NCBI GenBank assembly: GCA_043228905.1
Contig: JBHGNT010000013.1
Span: forward strand, 12,028,001-12,092,000
DNA length: 64,000 nucleotides
From: Azolla caroliniana
Taxonomy: Eukaryota; Plantae; Polypodiophyta
Reading direction: 5' to 3'
The notes under the pieces are model-generated. The model made no database searches. It was not told the origin of the DNA and worked only from the letters and a program-made list of their open reading frames with translations. The position numbers and the translations under genes are program-made. Positions 49,512 through 59,053 of the stretch are shown in pieces (position 1 is the stretch's first letter; every line of letters starts with the position of its first letter).

Positions 49512-51767
49512 GTGGAGGCGGTCTCCTTCGACGATACCTTGGGAATACTGCGAGAGGTGGTCGGAGAGGGCCTTAAAGAGGACTGGACGATACCGGTTTG
49601 TTCAGAGGAGATGTACGAAGTCATCGCGGACTTCAGTCGAGAGCTCGAGTCGGATCAGACGGCCTGGGTTAACACGAAGTACAAGACTGTGGACCGGAAG
49701 GTAAGACCAGTCGCGGCACCCTTACTAGAGGGCAACGAGTTGCGAATCAAGGGGGTCGCGTCGGACCCCAGTTTACGAGATCCGGCCTGCATAGGACACA
49801 CCTTCACCGACAGAACGCTACGGGAGCTCAAAATCGGTGGGGGCGGTTTCCTACTGCCGGCGGAAGAAGACCGGTTTCGGAGAATGCTCGGAAGGCACGG
49901 GAAAGCCTTCGCATTCTCACCGGGAGAGATCGGGTGCGTAGACCCGACAGTCGTGCAGCCGATGGTGATATTCACGGTACCGCATGTGCCGTGGAATCTC
50001 AAACCAATTCCGGTACCGAGAGCTCACATCCCGGAGCTGATGGAGTTGTTGAGGCAGAAAGTCGATATGGGCATCCTCGAACCGTCGAGTGCCCCGTACT
50101 CGAACCGGTGGTTTACCATACCGAACAAGAACGGGACGTTGCGCTTCATTCAAGACCTGCAACCGGTCAACAGAGTGACCATTCGGAACGCAGGGATCGG
50201 ACCAACGATAGAGGAGTTCGCGGAGGCCTTCGCCGGAAGGTCGATCTACTCGATCGGTGATCTGTACTTGGGGGCTTACGTAACAACCGAGGGGGGGAGC
50301 ACTCCGGCGCTTAACGATTTTAACGAGAGCAAGTACGACGGGGAGTGGCTGCAGATTGGAGGATTCTTAAGGACGATGACATCGGACGCGTCATGGACAA
50401 AGAACGAGGCCAACCGGATTCGGAAGAAAGCATACCGATTCTTTCTCCGGGGCGGATACTTGTGGAAGCACCCGAAGAGGAGAAACGGCATCCCGCTCCG
50501 AGTAGTGGCGATGAAGGAGGAACAGGAGGGGTTGCTGAAGACCTACCATGACAGCCCTTGGGCTGGACACCGTGGGACGTGGGCCACGTTCGAGAAACTA
50601 AAGGGGAAGTACTGGTGGCCGGGACTGTACCGGGACGTGCATCGGTTCGTGACAACTTGTGAGAGCTGTCAGATGCACTCCATAGTCCGACATCGGGACG
50701 AGCTTCACCCTACATACCCTCCGGCCATCCATTTCAAATGGATGGTAGATTTGGTGATGATGCCGATGGGCGTAGGGCAGATGCGATATCTGGTGCTGGC
50801 CCGGGAGGACCTGACGAACCAGGTGGAAGGCCGAGCCCTGCAGAACAAAATGACCGCGGCCGTGTGTCGGTTCCTGATCGAGGACGTGATATGCCGGTAC
50901 GGGTGCGTCGGGAAGATCGTGGCTGACCGCGGGGAGTTGGACGCCGAAGAGGCCGAGGAGCTGTTCGACCGGTTAGGGGTCAAGCTCTCGCTCACCACAA
51001 CGTACAATCCGGAGGCGAACGGGAAGGTGGAGCGTGGACACGGACCGATCGTCAAAGCGCTAGTCCGGGCATGCGAAGGCCAGGTCGGGAACTGGCCACG
51101 GCTGTTACCTTATGCCTTGTGGGCGGACCAGACAACGCACAGTTCGGTAACCGGGTTCATGCCGTCAGAGCTCATGTTCGGACAGAAGCCGATCATGCCG
51201 ATGGAACGGACGATCTCCTCTTGGGCGACAGTAGACTGGAGAGATGAGATGAGTCGGGAAGAACTGCTAGCGACGCGTATACGGCAGCTCGAGCGGAGGC
51301 CAGAGGATGTGGAACGAGCGGCGGAGAGACTTCGGACGGCGAGGATGAAGAACAAAGCCCGGTTCGACCGAACGCACCGGCTCCGACCAAAGAAAATCGA
51401 GGAAGGCGACTGGGTGCTAGTCTATGACAGCAGCCTTGACAACCAACACCGAGCAACACGGAAGTTTGCAAAGCGGTGGTTCGGGCCTTACGTGGTAACG
51501 AGCGCCAACGACAACGGGACGTATCACCTGGCGGAACTCGACAGTACGAGGATGGCGATACCGGTAGCAGGGAAGTGGATCAAAGCGTTCAAGAAGCGCC
51601 ACGATGGCGAACCGGATCTAAGAGGCCTGGACAGCGACGACGAACAATCCGAAACGGAGGACGAATCGATGGACGAAGAACCGGAACTCAGACCGGTTTT
51701 CTCCAACCAGAGCGCAATTTTGACGCATACCGGTGGATGCGCGGTTAGGTGGGGGTGGATGTCGTGA
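49512..51767 (+). CDS. Element F truncated-RT::integrase in-frame fusion ORF (751 aa)
   Basis: The RT N-part stops at GRSIYSIGDLY (~50267) and joins the pre-integrase linker. HHCC, D-D-E (WMVDL, VADRGE, VERGH) and GPY are intact. Confidence 0.85.
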   Translation: MEAVSFDDTLGILREVVGEGLKEDWTIPVCSEEMYEVIADFSRELESDQTAWVNTKYKTVDRKVRPVAAPLLEGNELRIKGVASDPSLRDPACIGHTFTDRTLRELKIGGGGFLLPAEEDRFRRMLGRHGKAFAFSPGEIGCVDPTVVQPMVIFTVPHVPWNLKPIPVPRAHIPELMELLRQKVDMGILEPSSAPYSNRWFTIPNKNGTLRFIQDLQPVNRVTIRNAGIGPTIEEFAEAFAGRSIYSIGDLYLGAYVTTEGGSTPALNDFNESKYDGEWLQIGGFLRTMTSDASWTKNEANRIRKKAYRFFLRGGYLWKHPKRRNGIPLRVVAMKEEQEGLLKTYHDSPWAGHRGTWATFEKLKGKYWWPGLYRDVHRFVTTCESCQMHSIVRHRDELHPTYPPAIHFKWMVDLVMMPMGVGQMRYLVLAREDLTNQVEGRALQNKMTAAVCRFLIEDVICRYGCVGKIVADRGELDAEEAEELFDRLGVKLSLTTTYNPEANGKVERGHGPIVKALVRACEGQVGNWPRLLPYALWADQTTHSSVTGFMPSELMFGQKPIMPMERTISSWATVDWRDEMSREELLATRIRQLERRPEDVERAAERLRTARMKNKARFDRTHRLRPKKIEEGDWVLVYDSSLDNQHRATRKFAKRWFGPYVVTSANDNGTYHLAELDSTRMAIPVAGKWIKAFKKRHDGEPDLRGLDSDDEQSETEDESMDEEPELRPVFSNQSAILTHTGGCAVRWGWMS

Positions 51768-52413
51768 AGAAAACCGTCCCTTAGCGCAATCGGTGCATAG
51801 AGTGCGTGAACCGGCTCTTCATGCGTGCGCGCCCTTTAATGTATATAATAGGGAATTCGGTACATAGATATATCCTGGGTAGTTAGATTCGGTAGGTAGG
51901 AAGTAAATGAGGGAGACGGCTCCCTTCTTGAAGCCATAAAAGAGAGGGAGACGCGGAGGGAAGGGGATCGCGCATTGAGGAGGACGAAGTGTTGTCGGAC
52001 CGTAACCGAACGTTTCTCCTCTGTTTGTTCTCTATTGCTCTTCTCTGCAGGTTTTCAGGAGGCTCACGCTGCTTCGAGGAACGCCCGTGTGCTTCCAGCA
52101 GCACCTCCATCCTATCCCCTTTCGTGCGCAGACGAACAGGCATCGACATCTGTTCGCTGGCCTGTTCGGTTGTAACCGCTCGTGTGCTCTGTTGTTTTTG
52201 TGTCATTTGTTAATATACAAACATTCGTGTCTCTCTGTCTCTGTGTCCATTCGTGTCTTCTGCGTTGTCGGGCCGTGTCCCTGTGTTTCTTTGCTCATAC
52301 GTAACCGGTCATATCTCTCTTTCTTGTTCCCCTTCTATCACCTGCTCTTCGGTTCAAGACCCCGGTGGTCCCACCTTGTTTCTCCACACACGCGCATAGT
52401 AACGCGACAACGT

Positions 52414-54710
52414 CCAATGTAGTCGGACTGGGACAGAAACAGTTGTCATTGATTACGATTCTGACTTATCTTCATACCAAGGATGTGTTGTGCTGGACTG
52501 AGATCCTTCATGGCAAACTTCAACCGCAGTTGCGGAACGAGTTCGGCTAGTTCGCCAGCATGGCGTCCAGATATTAGCATGTCTTCTACGTAGATGATGA
52601 GGAAGATGGTTGATCCATGTTGAGTTGTTTTCGTGAGAGACAATCGTCCTGATCGCTCTTTGAGAAGCCGATCGATCAGATGAAGTCATCGAACTTCCTG
52701 TACCACTGTCATGGCGCCTGTTTCAGGCCGTACAGACTCTTCCTGAGTCGGCAGACTAGATGTTCTTGGCCGGATGCCGCAAAGCCTTTCAGCTGCTCCA
52801 TATAAATTTCCTCCTCAAGATCACCATGGAGGATAGCCGTTTTGAAATCTAGTTGAATCAACTTCAAGTTTTTGGTTGCCGCTACGTCGAGCATTAATCG
52901 AAGGGTTGTCATTTTCACCACTAATGGAAATATTTCGTCGAAATCAATGCCGTGTTTCTATCGAAAACCCTTTGCTACTAATCTGGCTTTGAATTTTGGG
53001 TTGGCCGAGTCGGATGTCTCCTTAATTCGATAGACCCACTTGCATGGAAGAACACTTCGATTTTTTGGTAATTCGACCAAGTCCCAAGTCTTGTTTGCAT
53101 GAATGGAGTTCATTTCGGACTCCATTGCCAAATGCCAGGTGGCCGAATCAGCTAACGCCGATGCTTCTTCGTATGACGTTGGTTCTTCAGCGCTCGTAAA
53201 GAAGATACCAAGAGAGTATCTCTCCGTGGGTTGCGACAGTCTCTCGGATCTTCGAGGTATGACTAGACTAGTCGCATCGGGTGTCGTGGTCTGATGGTTC
53301 AAAGCTGAATCGTTCGGTTGTGCTGAGTCGAAATTCTCTTAGTTGGTGTTAGAAGGTTCAACTACCCGTGAAGCTGACCGTGTGTTGTGCGCTAGGCCTT
53401 CGTGAAGGGTTGGCACATCGGAAAAGATTACCCTTCGGACTTCGATCGGTTTTTCGATGGATTGATGCATGGCCAACTCATTGAACACGATGTCCGGACG
53501 ATATGTCTATGTTCGGGGTCCCAGAGTCGGTATCCCATTTCGCCATCTGTTCCATAACCGAGGAAAATACATTTCCTAGATCTTGGTGCAAGTTTGCGGC
53601 GATCATCTTTCGGGATGAGAGTGTACGCCTCGCATCCGAAAATCCTCAATTTGTCGTAATTCGACTTACTGCCGGTCCATAGTTCCTGAGGGATCCGAAG
53701 TCCTAGAGGCCTGCGCGGCGACATATTGATTATGTGTACTGCCCTAAGTAGGGCCTCTACCGAGAAGCCATCTGACAGTCCAGAGTGTTGGAGCATGGAA
53801 ACTATCCTTTCTTGAATTGTCCGATTCATTTGCTCGGCAATTCCATTTTGCTCCGAACTGTGGGGTGCTGTAAATTCACGTTTGATGTCGCGTTGTCGGC
53901 AAAATTTGATGAATTCCTTTGATTTGAACTCTCCCCTGTTATCGAACCGAAAGCTTTTCAGTTTTCAGCCGGACTTATTCTCAACCATGGCTAGCCAATC
54001 AGAAAAGATCGAGAAGACACAATTTTCTGTTTTGATCGGATAAGCCCACACCTTCCGAGTCAAGTCGTCAATGAAGCTGACGAAATACAGAGCGCCGCCG
54101 AGGGATTGATGTGGCATAGGACCACATATGTTCGAGTTGACCAAATCGAGTGAACTTGATTCTCTCGGGGCAGATGAGGGGTGTGTTACGGCTATCTGCT
54201 TGCCGTATTGACAATGCTCGCAGAACTGATGATTTGAGAAGGAGAGTTTGGGGATGAACCCGACACTAGATAAGTGCATGATGCTGACCTTGCTGAGGTA
54301 TCTGAGTCGTCTGTGCTAGAGTGATGACATAGGAATGTCAACCAAAAACAGGTCACCCTCTCTAAGTGTGACGTGCAAAGGATACAATCAGTGTATCTTT
54401 GGTCCTCGAGCAAGCAGGAGGTTCCCTCTGTGGAGCGTTCACCCTCTTGATGAGAAGCCAGCACAGATGCCTTCTTCATCCAATTGTCCGACTGAGATCA
54501 GTGGACTTGAGAGCTCAGGTACATGTCGGACATTGTGTAGTACTAATGTAGAGCCACCCGCAACGTTGAGCTCTATCGTGTCGATTCCAATTATGTTGTA
54601 GTGTTGCCAATTTCCTATTCGAACAGAGTTAGAATGTCGGGCCGTGTATTGCCGAAATTGGATCGACGAGGAGTCACATGAAAGCACGCACCCGAATCTA
54701 AGAGCCACAT
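52414..54710 (-). pseudogene. Copia C protease, integrase and RT segment
   Basis: ORF fragments 52709-52921, 52958-53302, 53428-53829 and 53965-54279. Confidence 0.93.
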
Positions 54711-54872
54711 TGTCGTGAAGATTTTCGGCAATAGTGTGAAAATCCATAAAACGTACAAAATCGAGTATAAATCACATAATACAATAATTGTGAAGATAAC
54801 ATTTTAAATAAATTTAATATCTAAGTACAAAATGATGGAGGTTTCGAATGCACTTTATTACACGAGAAACGG

Positions 54873-54999
54873 TGTCGCGTTGTTACGCGCGTGCGTGGAG
54901 AAAGGCGGGACCACGGGAGTCTTGGACTAGGGAGTGATGGAGCGTAGGAAGTCGTGCTTCACCGTTTCCGGGGCATCCCAGAAGCACACCGGAAGCAAC

Positions 55000-55048
<49 letters not shown>

Positions 55049-55743
55049 ACACCGACTCACGCACACACACTCACACACACGCACACACACTCACACACGC
55101 ACACACACACACACACACGCACACACACTCACACACTCACACACTCACACACACACACACAGGCAAACCTGACTCACAACCTTAAGTACAGGAAATGCAG
55201 GAAAGGGGAAGCACCCGACACCAACGAAGACGCGAATATACACAGACAGACGCAAACGTATATATATATATATATATATATAAGAAGAATACATCCTCGG
55301 CGTCAAGCCGGACCGAGGTAGGTTACAGTAGTCGTTAGCTGCCAAGCCGCCGGTCGGGGAGCTCACGGGCTCGTTGCGCCGAGCGGGGTCTTGCGCAGGA
55401 GATGAGCTGAAGCAAACCCTAAGCGAATACGAAGGGGGGAAGAAGAAGAAGAAGAAGAAGAAGAAACTAACTCTAAACCTAACGGTATACCCTCTAATGT
55501 AAAATGGCAACCCTTCACAAAGGGCGTTCCCTTCCTTTTATAGAACAAGGACAGGGATGCGTTACAATGTGGGATAAACCCCGACTTACATGGGACCGTC
55601 TGTCCTGACTTGACTACTCTTCGGCGCCATAAAGGCGCCCTCGTTATTCACACTAAATGTACATGGGTGTGTACACACGCTGCACCCCGCCGATGTAGCC
55701 AATGTTTCCCGGTTTCCGCCTTTGGCCGAAATTCTTCACGACA
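54873..55743 (-). mobile_element. Solo LTR (871 bp) of the F/G group inside the 5' LTR of G, TSD ACGG
   Basis: Absent from the 3' LTR of G. ACGG at 54869-54872 and 55744-55747. The reverse complement starts TGTCGTGAAGAATTTCGGC and ends like the F LTR. Contains (GA)n, (CA)n, (TA)n and (GAA)n tracts. Confidence 0.95.
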
Positions 55744-56215
55744 ACGGACAACTAAATGTCAAGATATGAGGGTGTAAAGTTTGTGAAAGGAAAAGAGAAA
55801 ATTGTGAGATATCCCACATAGGCACGACAAATACGACTCTCATCATATATAAGGTGGAGCAAAAGATATTATCTTTGTGTCTATGTGTGGAGCATAGAGA
55901 GTTCAAGGTAACTTGAACTAAGAGTGGAGGTGGGCTAGCTACTTGTAAAGGGTTTTGGCCAACCAAAACCGGACCGGCGATGGAGCCGGTGATCCGACGA
56001 CATCCGGCGCCAGTGAGACACCGGCATCCGACGGCAATCCGGCGACGACGAGGCGGCGGCATCCGGCACCAATAACCGACAGCATCCGACGAGGCACCGG
56101 TAACCAACGGCATCCGGCGGCAGCACCGGTATCCGGCGACGGCATCCGACGAACCGGTGTCCGGCGACTAGATAAATAAATATATAAATATATATACATA
56201 TACACATATACAAGG

Positions 56216-56287
56216 AGGGCAAGTAAGGATTCGAACCTTGCACCTCCAAGTTAAAAATCAATTGGCTTACCATTAAGCCATGTTATT
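56216..56287 (-). ncRNA. tRNA-like Pol III cassette in the G 5' LTR
   Basis: The minus strand reads TGGCTTAATGGTAAGCCAATTGATTTTTAACTTGGAGGTGCAAGGTTCGAATCCTTAC. It shows an A box with a D-stem (GCTT/AAGC), B box GGTTCGAATCC 43 nt later and a T-stem (AAGG/CCTT). The acceptor stem is degenerate. Confidence 0.7.
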
Positions 56288-56841
56288 TAGTTGAAATTAT
56301 ATTTCTATCATTGTACTTTTACATGTAAATTCTTATACATGAGAGCTAAAATGAGTGACATGGTTATCATGCACCACATGTAATACATAAGCACCAAATG
56401 GCAAACATGCAATTTATGCATGTCTTGTACCCTCACATGCATCATATGCATGAGAGTATCTATAAAAGAAGGAAGGGGGAGGAGAAAAAACACGTTTTTT
56501 TTTATGAAAATTAAGAGGAAGAAATTCGTTATGAAATTGATCGTGTAACTTGTTTCTTAAATCTAAAGTTAAAAGTTCAATCAATCTCTCTCAATCGTGT
56601 AATCTCAACTTCTCTCTTTCCCAATCTATCTTAAGTACTTTCTCGCTAAAGCTTGTACCGACTTTGAATCCTTCCGGTCCAGAACCCCGGCGGTTCCGCC
56701 TCACGATCCACGCGTAGTGACGGATCTTCACGACATAATTAAGTGGTGAACCCGATGTGAAAGAGGCGGTAGGAAGGATCAAGTCGAGATTAATACTTGT
56801 AGATGGCGTCCTGAAGAAACCAAGCAGGAGAGCTCGAAAGG

Positions 56842-59001
56842 ATGATGTTAATCGTCGAGCAAATGATGAGATCTCGGGACAACGACGCGAGCGTGGAGAA
56901 GGCTGTCGATCGTGTCGTAGAGCTCGAGGGCCAATTCGATGGAAGGAACGTTACGAAGTTCCTTGATGCATATAGAAGGGAGATGAATCAGAGGGACGTG
57001 TCCGAGGCACGTCAAATCGCAAGCTTCAAGAGAGTTGTCACCAGCAACATCCAAAGATGCGTCATCGAGCTTCAAGAAGGTAAGACAACATGGTCCGAGT
57101 TCGAGAAAACAATACTAGCGGAGTTCGTGACTGAAGACTCCACGAGAATGACTCGACATGCCCTGATGAAGTGGATAGAGAAGAAGAATAAGAAGATGAG
57201 CGTCTCGAGGGTGTACGACGAATTCGACCAGATGTTTAGTCGTCTCCCCAATACGGACCAAGTGTTGCTTGAAGAGGACAAGACTTTGTACTTCTTGAAG
57301 GCCGTGGACATAAAGGATAGACGGGAGTTGGGGACTCTTCTCGAAGATGATACCCAAGCAAATGGGCTCGTAGCGGACAGGATCGCGGTGAAGCGGGCAT
57401 GCAATAGGCTCGACAAGCGTCGCCAATGGGTTGATGACACCGACTTGACGGGATCGACTACCACGGAGAAAGCAAGACCGCCGAAAGTAGCTGAGCCGCC
57501 AAGACAAAGTAACGTGGAAGAAAAGAAGATTGATGACGACATCATTGAAGAGCTAGCGAAGAAGTTCGAGAAGGTCACGCTAGCCAACATGAATCGTCGG
57601 GGGCCTAAAGGAAAAGAACCCTTTAGATGCGTGTGGTGCGATAGCATGGACCACATGGGAAGGAATTGTGCGAGCCTTCGAGAGGCGATTCGACAAAATA
57701 TCATATACATAGAGGACAACATGATCTGCTCAAGCGAGACTAGAAGACCCCTACGGGTGAATTTCGGAAGAGGAGGAATGAAGAAATCTATGGAGGATGC
57801 CGATGCGACTCATGTGGATGCGATGCACTATGCTGCGTCGGCCGGAATAAGAGTCGGGAAAGACAAGACTGAAGCTGCTAGAGCGGGAGCAAAGTTTTGG
57901 ACTTCTGTTCTCGAATATGAGAAGAAGGGAAAAGTCACATCGAACGAGGTAGAGCTTGCGGACCGAAGCGTGCAAAGCATAACCAAGTGGTCGGATCCGG
58001 TGGACGACAACACCATACTCACAGAGGTGATGTGCGACAACCACGAGGTGTTCATCGAAGAAAAGAGAAAGAGAATAGAAGAGCAAGGCCCATCTAAAAG
58101 ACATGAAACAAGGAACGCGAAAAAGAAGGACGATGCGGAGACGAGTCGACCTTTACAATCGGAGGAACGAGAATCAAGCCGAAAAGGGGAGCCGAGCATA
58201 TGAGTTGAAGAAACGGTGCGGCTTGTGAAGGTTGGTGTCGAAGACCCCGCTCGGAGGACTAGGACTATACCTACCTATAAGCTAAGGTCGGACATAGAGC
58301 AGACAACGGACCTAAAGAAGATTCTCGAAGAACGAGTTCTTGATAGCCACGTAACTTTGTCCTTGAGGGAATTTCTTGGCATTACGAAGAAGGAGTTCCA
58401 TGACACGATCATGGACCTTGTAAAGAGAAAGAGACAACAATTGGACAAGGAAGAAGAGAAGCCGCAAAAAGCAAAAACGGATGCCATAATGATGGAAAGA
58501 GACGAAATCGACGAAGATATGGTGGACAGCCACTACACTCGACCTCATTGGGCACGAGCGACAACGGAGACGCCGGTGAAGATCGGGGAGAAGAAAGAGA
58601 CCGTGGTAACCTTGATCGACCACAGCTCGGAGATCAACCTCATGTCAACCGACTTCTACAAAAAAGGAAGATGGCCAATCAATACAAACCACGGATGGAA
58701 GATTCACGCGGCAACAAAGTCTACAGAGGATTTGTACGGAGCTTGTCCCAATGTCAAAGTCACGATCGGGGATGTGGAGATGGATCAACACTTCTTTGTA
58801 CAAGAATCGGCGTCGCATCCTGTCATCCTAGGGCAACCTTATATCACATCATCTCGGATGGAGACCAAAGTGTTCGATAATGGAGCAGCCTTCGCACGAA
58901 TAAAGAGTCTTGACAACCAAAGATCGGTCCAATTCCTAACGGTGCAAGCCAATCATGAAAGGAATCGAGATAGTCTCGGAGGCGAATCCTCGGATTTTTA
59001 G
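56842..59001 (+). pseudogene. Element G Gag-protease in one frame (single internal TGA at 58201)
   Basis: ORFs 56842-58203 and 58216-59001 share a frame. Motifs CVWCDSMDHMGRNC and LIDHSSEINLM. Confidence 0.9.
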
Positions 59002-59053
59002 AGCGGACTATTGAAGCATGGGGCACAAATAGTCCGAGCAATCACAAGACCCC
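58992..59053 (+). promoter_or_regulatory. Candidate -1 ribosomal frameshift element (GGATTTT + TAG + stem/pseudoknot)
   Basis: Heptamer at 58992-58998. Stem CGGACTATT/AATAGTCCG starts 5 nt later. The -1 frame is open into pol. The same heptamer and stop occur in F at 49319-49328. Confidence 0.75.

Larger units (their letters stand above)
46684..52409 (+). mobile_element. Element F: non-chromovirus Ty3/Gypsy with tRNA-Trp PBS, 4-bp TSD ACGT and an internal RT/RH deletion
   Basis: 650-bp LTRs at 46684-47333 and 51760-52409 (TGTCG...CGACA). ACGT at 46680-46683 and 52410-52413. PBS TGGTGAACCCGACGTGA at 47338-47354 and PPT AGGTGGGGGTGGA. Confidence 0.97.

Noticed and set aside
51777-51800. A-box-like GTCCCTTAGCGCAATCGGT in the F LTR
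   Set aside because: There is no B box downstream, so F is not counted as carrying the tRNA-like cassette.
56216-56287. Functional tRNA gene call (Lys/Asn-like)
   Set aside because: Acceptor and anticodon stems do not pair properly, so it is reported only as tRNA-like.
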